Origin: Anthoceros angustus
Taxonomy: Eukaryota; Plantae; Anthocerotophyta
Length of the DNA stretch: 64,000 nucleotides
Direction of reading: 5' to 3'
NCBI GenBank assembly: GCA_010909165.1
Contig: MU008200.1
Location: forward strand, 1 to 64,000
The notes under the pieces are model-generated. The model saw nothing but the letters and a program-made list of their open reading frames with translations, had not been told where the DNA came from and did not search any database. Below, piece after piece: positions 1 through 10,517 of the stretch. The position numbers were made by a program, and so were the translations under genes. Numbering within the stretch: position 1 is the first letter of the stretch; each line of letters starts with the position of its first letter.

Positions 1-124
1 AATGCCGCAGGCTTGGCGCGCCTTGATCGAATCGAGTTTCGAGAGTCCTCGTTCGCGCTCTAAGGAAGGCGTCATAGTCGGGCGTCTTGCAGATTTCAAT
101 GATCTCTTCGTCGCCTAGCGTCAT
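1..124 (-). CDS. 5' part of a bacterial-type ORF running off the window edge (MTLGDEEIIEICKTPDYDAFLR...), coupled to the upstream RraA-family gene
   Basis: Its ATG overlaps the TGA of the RraA-family ORF as ATGA (124-121), the usual bacterial 4-nt coupling; 41 open codons to the edge; GC-rich. Product unknown. Confidence 0.5.
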   Translation of the reverse strand, partial: MTLGDEEIIEICKTPDYDAFLRARTRTLETRFDQGAPSLRH

Positions 125-849
125 CGCTTTCGCGTCACCCGTTGTCCCAGGCGCTTGATCGTCTGAACGAACTCCGGCGAAGCTCCCGAAACGGGCGGGA
201 GATTTCTCGTCGGGCCGTGGAGGTATTCGAGCATCAGGCGCTCCGCGGCGGCGAATTCCTCGGCGACCTGCGGCAACTCATCGACGATCGCGGGCGGAAT
301 GGCGGCGACGCCGTTGGCGTCCGCGTGAAGCAGGTCGCCTGTCGAGATCGGAAGACCGCCGATGCGGACCGGCAGGCCCAGATGGAGCAGGTGGCGGTAG
401 GCGTGCGAGCAGATCGTCGAACCCGTGAAGATCGGATAGCCGATCGCCCGCACCTGCAGGATGTCCCGCCCTGCCCCGTTCGTAAGAAGGCCGACGGACC
501 CGAACGCCTTGTAAACTGAGCACATGACTTCGCCGAACACGGCGCCGGCGGGCGGCTCGTCCAGGTCCTGGATCACGACGAACGCCGGACCGGGCAGCGT
601 CGCGAACTGCTCGACCTGCTTCTCCATGCTGCCGTACGCGTCTCCCGACCCGGGAGGGGCGTCGGAGCGAAACGCCGCGGTCGCAGCGTAGCCGACGGCG
701 GAGGAAACTCCGGGAAGTTCGCACGAATGCGACCGTCCGTAAATCCCCGGTTTCGCGGCACGACGTCAAATAACTCGATCGCGTTGCAGATCGTCGGCGT
801 GTCGTAACGGGCCAGTTCGGCGAGCAGATTCAGGGGCGACAGCGGACAT
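121..849 (-). pseudogene. Bacterial-type RraA / 4-hydroxy-4-methyl-2-oxoglutarate aldolase family gene with two compensating frameshifts
   Basis: Joined frames read MSAVAPE-LLAELARYDTPTICNAIELF...FPEFP-AVGYAATAAFRSDAP...VVIQDLD...AVFGEVM...GLLTNGAGRD...GDLLHADANGV, all RraA-family motifs. A +1 indel near 826 and a -1 indel near 700; no introns; high GC. Confidence 0.8.
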
Positions 850-876
850 CGTGAGTAGGCGACCGGAGGAGCGGTA

Positions 877-3188
877 CTCCCCTCCTCACCTGTTTGTGTC
901 CTCGCAAACAACAGAGACCTCGGGCTGAAGGTACTTCTTAACCTTCCACCTGTTCACCCAGGTTGGCAGTAAATATAGCACTCGTAGCTGCACAGATCCA
1001 TTCTCATATACTGCCACCACCTCATAAGGTCCCATCCATCTCAGCCTAAGCTTCCCTGGAAAGTCTAGGTACCGACTATCGTACATAAGAACCAAATCCT
1101 TGGCCACGATAATCTCTTGTTTCCTCAACCTTCCGTCATGCCCATCTTTTCTAAGCTCTTGAATTTGCTGGGTTTCCTCCAAAGCATCTTCCCTACGTTC
1201 CTCCTGCTCTATGAAAGATTCTAATCTAGCAACCTGGCTATCCTCTACAGTCATACGTTCATCCTCCATAATCCTGTAGGTAGGTACTTCAAATTCCACG
1301 GGCATCACAGGAGACATGCTCTATGTCAAATAATAAGAGGTCTTCTTGGTTGTTACCTTCTCCGCGGTCCGTAAGCCCACAATGCTGAGTGTAACTTAGC
1401 ATCCCAATCGTACGTGTGTGTTACAGTTACCTTGGTGAGGATTGTGCATAACAACCCGTTCGTCTTCTCCGTTAATCCGTTCGCTTTGGGGTTGTAAGGA
1501 GTCGTCTTTCGATGCCGGATGTTGAAATAAGTGGTTAGAGACTCAACGACGGAGTTGAGGAAATGGGTTCCTCGGTCGATGACCAACTCTAAAGGACACC
1601 CATACCTCGTTATAATATTCTCAAAGAGGAACTTCGCTACTGCAGGTGCGTCGTCCTTCCTTGTTGCCTCAACCTCCACCATCTTCGTGCAATAGTGCCA
1701 CCAGAATGTACTGCTTCCTTGTCCACTGTGTGGGTGGCTTGATCGGACCCACAAAATCTATTCCCCACTTCTCAAACGGTGCCAGCGGCAATATATAGGT
1801 GAGAGGCCACTGTGTCGACAAAGTAGGCCGCCCAACCCTCTGACACGCGTCACACCTCCAAATAAATTCCCACACATCCTTTTGCATCGTAGCCCACCAA
1901 AGCCGCATCTAAGATCTTCTTCACGGTTATCTATGCCGAATAGTGGCCACCGGCCTCCTCTGCGTCGGATCTTCCAAAAGGCGGCTTCTCGATTTCAGGA
2001 CATCGAATCTTTTAAATGCAGGCCAAGCTTGTACAAGACCCCCTCTCTTAGGCAATATGGCGCATCCTTATGGAGAAAGACCGCACACCCCTCTCTGGAC
2101 AAACCATCAGGCATGATTCCATGCTCCAGAAACTTACGGACTTCGCCATTCAACAGGTATCTTGGGCATGGTCGGCCTTCACGTTCTAATCTCTTCCTTC
2201 CAAGCATACCGCGTCGCCTCCTGCTAGCTCGCCTACCCGTAGCCCCAGACGTCGTTGCTCCGTTTACGAATCCATTTCCTTCCTGCTTTGTCAATGCTGC
2301 GAGTTCCCTAGCTTGCAGCCCGTTTGCATGTCCTTCCTTCGATAACGTTTCGATTCCTCCCATTCCTGTTGATCCGGCCTCGTGTCCAGGTTCAGATCGT
2401 GCTTCTTTGGCGACCCGCCTTGCTGCAGCTTCTTGACAGCAATTTCTGCAGTCGACCAAGAATCGGTCGACGCTCCTCCTTGCAATTCCACTGCAAGCAC
2501 ACCTTGAGGTGTGATTTCTCCACAATCCTTCTTCATACACGCCACCATAGAGCCATCCTCGCCCCTAGGCTCCAGTGCACTCACCTTCTCAGCACACCAG
2601 TTTTGCGATTTCTTCGTAATTTCTCCATCGCTCCTTGCCACCATCATGGCCTCCACTTGCAGCCCTCCTGACTGCTCACCCTGGAAAAGTATCTCAGCCT
2701 CCTCCGCGTGCCCATGCTGGCACTCCCCTATCTTCCCTTGGATCTTCGGGTTGCCCTGCTGTAACTGTTCCTGCACGACGCTCTCTTCTTGTTCATTGGA
2801 CCTCCTTGCTGGCAACAAGTCTTGCTGCTCAATCCTTAGGCCGTCCACAGCGTGCTCATACCTTCCCTCTTCGATACAGGCTGTGGCAACCAACCCTTCG
2901 TCAGGAAATCGGTCATCTGTGGCCTCAAGCCGTTCTCCGGTCTTCAGACGAGAGATGAAGTCTGCATTCAGATGTTGCTTTCCCGGCCTGGTTTCCACGT
3001 CGAAATCAAACTCTTGCAGCAGTAGCACCCATCTGGCGATCCTCCCGGACAAATCTGGAGGAGTAGATGATACCAAGACCCTCTCGTTCGGTGGTCGAGT
3101 AGTTCCTCTCAGCATCCGTGAGCTGTCCAATCGCCAGCCCGAAAGTGCCGGAGATGACTTGCAACCTCCCAATAACTAGAAGCTCCAT
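877..3188 (-). mobile_element. Ty3/gypsy pol remnant (RNase H - integrase - GPY/F) ending in a polypurine tract; no chromodomain seen
   Basis: AERNYSTTEREGLGIIYS and LSGRIARWVLLLQEFDF...ADFISRL (RNase H); GGH...CDACQ (integrase zinc finger); APFEKWGIDFVGP, DRGTHF, YNPKANGLTE (core); WMGPYEV (GPY/F); purine tract GAGGAGGGGAG right after the stop (886-877). Frameshifted. Confidence 0.9.
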
Positions 3189-3342
3189 GCCTACAATAGC
3201 GCAAACACCACCAGGGAGAAGGAGAAAAAGACACTAAACCAGCTCATCCCGGGAGTCAACCGCAAGGCAATCCAAAGGAAGGCGGAACACCAGGCAGGCA
3301 TCATCCTGCAGGTGCCTGGGAAGCCTGTGGAAGATACGCGGG

Positions 3343-3426
3343 TAATGAAGATTGTATTCCAATCAATGCATGTGGTTGCACACAAGTGCACAACCACATG
3401 CATTTATTAGAATACAATCTTCATTA
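3343..3426. repeat. 84-bp near-perfect inverted repeat (hairpin)
   Basis: TAATGAAGATTGTATTC (3343-3359) pairs with GAATACAATCTTCATTA (3410-3426); AATGCATGTGGTTG (3365-3378) pairs with CAACCACATGCATT (3391-3404); short loop. Confidence 0.9.
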
Positions 3427-3577
3427 TTCTAGATGCTTATGTCATGCAAAAATCAAATATCTAGTGCACAAATAATTGATTCAAAAACATTACATGACAA
3501 AAAGTCAATGAAGATTGAAAACACAACTAAAAGTCCTAATTCTAAAAGAATATGACTCTTGACAATAAGATATAACC

Positions 3578-4231
3578 TTAATTTGCAGACACAAAGCGTC
3601 GAACATATGTGATGGTAATGCCTAGTCCTTGCTGTTTCCTGTTAGGGAAAATGTTTTTGAGATAACTAGGTTCCTTTTCTAATATGTACCCCTCTCCTAA
3701 CCAATCTTCTTGGATGGTTGGTAGAGGTCCATAAGACAAGATGTTTGTGAGCCTTTGGTAAGGTTTTCCTTTTCTTACTAGGTTGTGGTAAGATAACTCC
3801 ATCTCTCTCTCAACGTGTGACCCCATATCACTTCCATCTTTGTTCTCTTCTTTCTTGCACTGACAAATGAAATATCTCGTTAAGCATGACGGCCACTTTA
3901 TAGTTCTTTTGATCTTGGAAAATTGATGACCCCAATATGTGCGAGTAAGAAAAGGGCTCGAGCGTCTTGAACTAGTTGGATCAAGTACTTCTTCTGTAAG
4001 AGTTATCATACTTGTTTCATAGGCGGGTAAAGATTTCCGAAGCATACATGATATTTGGAAAGGATGCATTGCTTTTTTTTGCTGTTGCCCAAAACCACAA
4101 CCACATGCATACTTTCGCCAAAACGCCATAGCGGTTTGTGATGAGAGATGGTCCTCAAAGAGAGAGCTCTTGAGATATGGCAAGACAACATAAATTTGAA
4201 AGTGATTTTTCTTACTGCGTATAACTTGCAT
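3578..4231 (-). CDS. Orphan ORF, 217 aa, homologous to the ORF at 18051-18677
   Basis: Shares blocks EEVLDP, FLTxxYWxHQ, IKxTIK, MGSHxERE, LTxILSYGPLPTI and YILEKEPxYLK with the 18-kb ORF; ATG start; no recognisable domain. Confidence 0.55.
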   Translation of the reverse strand: MQVIRSKKNHFQIYVVLPYLKSSLFEDHLSSQTAMAFWRKYACGCGFGQQQKKAMHPFQISCMLRKSLPAYETSMITLTEEVLDPTSSRRSSPFLTRTYWGHQFSKIKRTIKWPSCLTRYFICQCKKEENKDGSDMGSHVEREMELSYHNLVRKGKPYQRLTNILSYGPLPTIQEDWLGEGYILEKEPSYLKNIFPNRKQQGLGITITYVRRFVSAN

Positions 4232-4399
4232 ATATAGTGTGGAGCTCTTTGGTTTTTGAGCAAAATTTATGATTTATCTTAATAATAAGAATTTTATAAA
4301 TTATTAAATTATTAAATTATAAAAAAACAAGTGATTTTACGAGCTTCAATCCCAATCACCATATGTGTTGCAGCTAGCTTACGACTCTTCAGCGTAAAA

Positions 4400-5844
4400 G
4401 TAGTTATTAAGCTGAAACTTTCCTTTCGACTTAAGGCATCTGCCACAAGATTCTCCTTCCTTGGCTTATACTTGATAGACGCATCATACATTGTGAGAAA
4501 ATCTTGCCATCTAGCTTACTTAGTCTTAATTGGTTAGTAAACAAGCTCGTGATTACATTGTCTATGTACAGCATAAAAGATCTTCACATAAGATAATGTC
4601 TTCAGATCTTGAGACAACTGATTACCACGGTCATCTACTTTTCATAAGTGGAGTACTTCCTTCCATGTTCACGCAGCTTCTTTAACTCGTAAGCCATCGA
4701 CTTACTTTCATGCATAAACGCTCGGACCTCCAATTGCAATATATGATGCATTCGTATATATTTCTAAATTCTTCTTTAGATTATAGATTGTCAAGCCTTT
4801 GCCTTCTTCAAGAGATCAGTTAATGGGGCAACAATCTTAATTGGCAAATATGTGCACAAATCTTCTGTATACTCTAGTCGATCCCAAAAACATACACACC
4901 TCATGAATGCACACTCTTTGGCGGCAACCAACTCTGTATGGGCTTTACCGTATCAGAATCATACTAATATCATCTACAAAAACAATGAATCCTAGAAGTC
5001 AATCTCTTCCTTAATAAAGTCACACACTTAGCTATGGCTAAGAACAAAGAATTTTCTCTTAACATTTTTAACACTTTTCTCAAATGTTGGACGTACTCTT
5101 CCGAGGTAGAATTGTAAACCATGATATCATCCAAGTGGATCACAACACACTCGTCCATCAAATCTCTAAAAACAGTATTCATGAGAGTCTGAGACATGAG
5201 TGGTGCATTAGTGAGTTCAAATGGCATGATTAGGAACTCAAAGATTCTTACCTTGCTCTACAAGCAGTCTTGTATTCATGTCCTTCTGCCATGTGGATCT
5301 CGTAATACCTTGCCAATTAGTCCAGCTTGGTTAAGCACTTTTAGCACTCTCAATGTGCCAAACAAATCATCCAGCCTTGGCAAAGATATGAATTCTTCAC
5401 CAAATGAGGACTTTCATATTCTTACATATCCCATGGCTAGCATATTAGACATCTGTCTCTTCTTCTCTTAAGCAGCTCATTCTACGACAAGCTATATGCT
5501 GCTCTTGAAGTCGGTATTCTTCCTGAGATCAATCTAATGATCTACAAAGTCTCTTAAAAGGTAAAGGAGGCAACTCATTGGACATCAAGTCTTTAAACTC
5601 ATCCAAGATGGCATGAACTTCTTGTGGGATCTTTGGTTGCTCTTGAGACTCCATCTCAAGTCCATCTTCTAGTCCTTGCAGCACAAGTAGAAAGAGTTCC
5701 TCTACATCCTTTACACAACGTTTTAGCTCTTTCTTGGAGATGAGATCTTCACTACTGGCCGAGGCGGCTGATCGATAGCAGGCCTCTTGAGCATCTTGCG
5801 CTTCTAATTAACCATTGATTGGAATGGATTACGCTCTGATACCA
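4400..5844 (-). mobile_element. Strongly degenerate Ty3/gypsy remnant with tRNA-Met PBS
   Basis: PBS TGGTATCAGAGC on the minus strand at 5844-5833; RT fragment MPFELTNAP...HLDDIMVY (4970-5227); RNase H tail KYKPRKENLVADALSRK near 4430-4470. Confidence 0.8.
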
Positions 5845-6129
5845 CAAAGTAACAGGAATAGATCAAACTGATCATTGCACATGGTACACATTTGATATAT
5901 TCATTACTTTCGAACCATGCGAACTATTTATTTTTAGGGAATTAAAGGTTATAAGTATGAGTCTGATCTCAAAGCTTTGGGTAACGTCTTGTCACTCCCC
6001 TAACTAGGCAATGACCCTCCTCAATCGGGATCCTCAATTGGAATAGTTGGTGTAGATAATTTTGCATTCCACGAAGACTTTTAGTAAAGCCATCACTATA
6101 AGATAAACCTAATAGTAAATGCAAAAGGT

Positions 6130-6617
6130 CTCGGCTTAATATGTCCTCATGATAATTTCACTTGTGGGCAGTAGGAGCTTGTGTCCAATCGAGACAGGAA
6201 CTTTTTAAGAATGTCTCCTTAGCAACCGAAGCATGGCCTTTCAAACCTGTCCACTCTGCTTCCTCGACGAGGATGATAACTTTATATGGATTAGAAGCGA
6301 TGAACCCGCCACATGTGGCGTAGGGTCACCAGTTTAAAAAATCTTATTAAGCCTGTAAATCACTTTCTTTTAGTGATTTGATTTTAAAAATTAAACATAA
6401 TTAATATACTAAAATTATGTAAAAAATAAATTGAAAATTTAAATGAGAGGTGAAAATAAAGGCAGTTATGGAAGTTACCTTGTTAGCTCTATGCTGCCAC
6501 TAGAAGGTCACATGCATACTTTTCTAAAGAGGAGGCAACAATGTGTGGTTGCATGCGATCCTAAAATTAGCAGTTGCCTAGGACGAGCTTGTGGGATAAG
6601 AGGTCGCATGCATACTT
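6130..6617 (+). repeat. Dispersed repeat; diverged inverted copy of ~18800-19245, cut by the LTR at 6618
   Basis: Shared blocks CTCATGATAATTTCACTTGTGGGCA, CGAGGATGAT..ACTT, (T/C)AGGGTC(A/G)CCAGTTT.AAAAATCT, ATGGAAGTTACC, CATGCATACTTT.CTAAAGAGG, CTAAAATTAG.AGTTG in matching order on opposite strands. Confidence 0.8.
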
Positions 6618-7049
6618 TGTTACGACCGCCAGGAGCCACAAGCCCGTGGCAAGCCGAGACGGCAAGCCATGCAGATCACCCCCGGCTTAGGTTATCGAAC
6701 CTAGAGGTACCACGGACCGTTCGTAAAGAGAACCCGACGGAACAGATAATGACGCGTTAGGGCATGCTAAAGAAACTTAAACTTGTTTTCCGAAACTAGT
6801 CCTAGTAAATAGGTTATTTACTAACTTAGGCTAGAGAAAGGGGATTAAATCCCCATTCGTGGTAGTTAGATTTGATCTGACAGACTTCGATCATTACGCT
6901 TCTTGGCCGAGGGCCTTCACCTTCTTGTACTATGGACACTAAGAATTTATAGCCATTTCTTTGAAGGCTCATCTCACGGGAGCTCGGGTCCTAGAAGCGC
7001 ATCCGGCTTGAATGCATCCGATCCCGCCGTGACACTTGGTATCAGAGCC
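6618..7049 (+). mobile_element. 5' LTR (6618-7034, 417 bp) followed by tRNA-Met primer-binding site
   Basis: TGTTACG...CGTGACA imperfect terminal inverted repeat; TGGTATCAGAGCC at 7037-7049, 2 nt after the CA. The LTR right boundary is firm, the left boundary is inferred. Confidence 0.75.
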
Positions 7050-8548
7050 GACGAATCCTGCACACCCCCGTGGGATCAAAGATCGGAATAGGGGGGGAAA
7101 CCAGCTCGACGACCTTGGACTCAACGACGAGACAGGCCCAATTGCCAACCCAGCGTAGAGAACACAAGGAGTCAGGGAAGCGAGATCAAGGAACAAGAAT
7201 CGGAGTTGAGATTCCTGAAAGATCGAGCCCTGAAGGTTGTGAACACTTACGCGCTTCTGGCCGCTGTGCAGATCGGATTGTCCCGAGAGAGTCGGGGCTA
7301 CCTTGCTTCGGCGACGCCGTTTCCAGTGTTGGGCCGCTGTGGGAAAACCGAGAAGAATTGCCACCGGCCACAAGTTGCGGGACACCGGAAATCTGTAGTG
7401 AGGCCGCCAGGGTCAGCCTCCGGCGGGAAGTCTTCGACACCTGCGACGCGGCGTTCAGACATCTCAGAACTCCAGACCCGGCACGAGACACCATGAGTGA
7501 CTACATCACGAAGCGGTGGAGAGGAACTTACAATGACGGCGGCAGCGAGAGAGCATTGGGGAACGAGTGCAGGCGAGGCGGAGGCGATGTGAGCAACCAA
7601 GATGTTGACCAGCATCCATGTCTTGAGACGCGCGCCAACAGAATCTTCGGAAGGCCAAGCTCGGCAACTCCAAAGGTTGATCGGTCGGCAACAACGGGAA
7701 TAGGCGTTGAGTCGGAACGCGATGGACCAGGCATGCCCACCGCCGTGGAAGGTCCAAATCCGCATATGCTAGCGAACTCCAAGGCGAGGGCGTCCACCAG
7801 CGACCTTTGACTTGCGGATCCGACATCGCAGGCCGTCGGCCCGCCCGGAGGACATTGAACCCGAGCCAAGCGGTCCAGGACATGGAAGCACGAATGGCTA
7901 ACCTAGAAAAGCGTTGGAGAAGAATTACAAACCCTCACGGGTCGCCGAAGGTGGTGTGGAAGCCCGGTAGCCTTGGATGAGTTGTGTCGGGACGAACCAA
8001 CACCGGTTGGAAGGCCACGGCGGGAGTCCTTCAACCGCTGAACACTCAACCGAGTCGAGAACCGACGCGACACCACCCAACTGACTCGTCCCCACAAGAA
8101 GGATACCGATGGTTGGGCTCTCTAGAAGATTCGGATGAAGGTGGGAGGTTTCCAAGGGCAAGAAGCGGAGGCGGCGACGATCGAATCGGGGTCGGCAAAA
8201 GGGAAGAACAACATGAGGCGGAACCCACAGCCACACCTAGGGTCACAAATCAAACTGCAGAAGGACGGGGGTGAGGGGAAGATAAAGGAAACGGCAGTTG
8301 TCCCCTTCGTGATGATGCGCCACTAGGGAGGTTGGAACGGATGAAGGGGTAGTTGCACCAACCCCTAGGAGAGGAAGGCACTGCAGCCAGCCCGATGGAG
8401 CTCAAGGACATTTTTGGCGACATCTCATTGACCTCCAATCAAGTGGAGATAAGTGACACCGCCGCTGCAAGGGAATTGTTGTGGAGGGGATGGCACAGGA
8501 ATGCAATTCGGAATTTGCATGCCTTGACTTGCACCATGGCTCGACTGT

Positions 8549-8992
8549 GTGGACCTTCTCGACCAGGCAGCCATGGCTCTCACTTGGCTGAGTGTGCAGG
8601 GACAACAGGAGAAGTTGCTCAAGGAAAAGTTGGAGGGTCTGGAGGGCGAGAACAAGGTGGCAGAGGACCGCAGACGGGAGTGCGAAGCGGCCCTGTGCAA
8701 GGCGCAGGAACAGCTGAGGGCCATGTCCACCCAACAGGAGGCCTTAGTGAATCAAGTCAAAGGGGCGCACGCTACGATTGAGGAGCTCCAGAATGAGGTC
8801 TCACGAGTCCAAGAGCAGGTGGAGACAATGGCGCCCCTGGAGAAATTCAAGAAGCTGGCGGAGAGATACAAGCGGGAGAGAGACAAAGCTAGGGCCAGAG
8901 TCAAGAGAGAGGCGGCCAAACCGAAGAAGGGCCGAGCAATGCCACTGCAGGAGCCAAGCAACCACTGGGGAAGCAACCACCACGGTGGCTAA
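8549..8992 (+). CDS. Coiled-coil ORF fragment in the internal region of the 6618 LTR element
   Basis: Heptad-like E/K/Q/L-rich stretch (QEKLLKEKLEGLEGENKVAE...IEELQNEVSRVQEQ...); same strand as the PBS; no gag/pol motifs nearby. Confidence 0.4.
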   Translation: MDLLDQAAMALTWLSVQGQQEKLLKEKLEGLEGENKVAEDRRRECEAALCKAQEQLRAMSTQQEALVNQVKGAHATIEELQNEVSRVQEQVETMAPLEKFKKLAERYKRERDKARARVKREAAKPKKGRAMPLQEPSNHWGSNHHGG

Positions 8993-9962
8993 ACCGCCAC
9001 CGTCATGAAGGAGGAACCGAGGTGGGGAAGAGCGCCGCAGATGGGAGGTAACCCTCGAACTCAGGCAGCCCAGGATTGTCCACGGAGGAGAGGGTAAGGA
9101 CCTGACGAAGGGCGTTGTACCGCGCATGAGGATGCTCATGTCCTGCTTCGCCGCATGGTGAGCGGTGCTCACTCTAAATGTGTATGTGGTTGTTGGGACA
9201 GGGGAGGGGCGTAAACCATCGGCACATCTTGACCGCCACGGGCGCTACGCTGGTTCCTTCGAATGGGAGCTGGCGCCTACCCTCCGCAAGTGGTGCTGGA
9301 GGAGATGAGCGAGGCAGAGGCCAGAGCATGGAGGGAGGAGCACACGGTGTGGTTGTCCAGCGATGAGGAGCGGGACAACAGGCATAGAGGCCATAGGCGC
9401 GCGACGTCCACGGGGAGGCACGAGGAAACCGCAGGCAGCGAGAGCGAAGTGGAGGTTTTGGGAGAGAATCGCTCGGATCAGAGGCGTGGCCGGAGAGCGA
9501 GGGGGACCCCTATGGGCCGTAGGGCTAGGCAGCAACCGCGGAGGCGGCAGCGCTGATTTTAGGGGAGCGCGACATCATAGGTCCGGGGTTTCCTTTTCGG
9601 GTTAGGGGATAGGATGTTTCGAGAGTCATGGAGTCAGAGGTTCGGATTGGTAGGAGTGGTAGAGGGCTACAATTTTTAGACACTGGAGAGAAGCGAGCTG
9701 TGCTGAACCGCAGCTAGATGTATAAGAGACCCTTTGTGTGTCTCTCTTAACAGACAATTTCAGGTGTGAACTTCCGTGTGTCGGACCCGCGCGCGAGGTT
9801 GATTGGAGACGTCTGATCAGCATCGAACTGGTCGATGCACTGTCTTCTCGTCACAAGAAGACCGGGAAGATCCCTGGGCGGTCGAGAGCGGAGTGGCCAA
9901 GCTCCACGAAGTGTGAACGTGAAGGACGCCTGTGTTCACCCTATAAGGAGGGAGGGGGGTCT

Positions 9963-10030
9963 GTGGCCCATGGTGAGGTCTATGTGGCCCTGGTGAGGTC
10001 TGTGTGGCCCTGGTGAGGTCTGTGTGGCCT
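9963..10030. repeat. ~20-bp tandem repeat GTGGCCCTGGTGAGGTCTGT, about 3.5 copies
   Basis: Directly visible. Confidence 0.85.
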
Positions 10031-10517
10031 GAGAAAGGGAGCGAGAGGGAGTATTCATGTGTGGTAGAGTGGGAGGTTCTTGGAAAAAAAGGGGAAAGGA
10101 GAGAAGTGTGCCGTAGGGGGGAGTATGCGGGTACGTTTTGAGGAAACGGGGAATGTTAGAAAGGGGAGAAGTGAGCGATGAGATCGGTAAGGGTCGACGC
10201 CGGAGTGAGGCCTCGTGGTGTTCATGGTCATGGTGCCTAATCCCTGGAACGTTCTGAGCGCGGTCTCCCTTGTGAGTGAATTAGAGTAGGTGCGACCTTA
10301 GGTGTGTGTGCGCGTGAAATCATAACCCTTAGAGACCACGCCAGGAGGACTGGGTGACCAGACAACCACAGACACGCGCCGTGGTGGGGCCCGCCACAGT
10401 GGTTGAATCAGCCACTACGGTGGCTGAACCCCCCCACCGCGGTGGCTGAGCCTTCCACGGTGGTGGGTTCAGGTATGGTAGCTGGTTCTGGTAGGGTAAG
10501 GATCGGTTGTGGTAGAG

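Noticed and set aside
142-519. Long ORFs antisense to real genes (also 35338-35889, 35570-36148, 36145-36837, 44613-45113, 46866-47222, 60824-61264)
   Set aside because: Shadow ORFs expected opposite GC-rich coding sequence; no independent motifs.
3343-3432. Helitron 3' end (hairpin plus CTAG)
   Set aside because: The hairpin is far longer than the usual 16-20 nt, CTAG is followed by A rather than T, and no 5' TC end or Rep/Hel sequence is evident.
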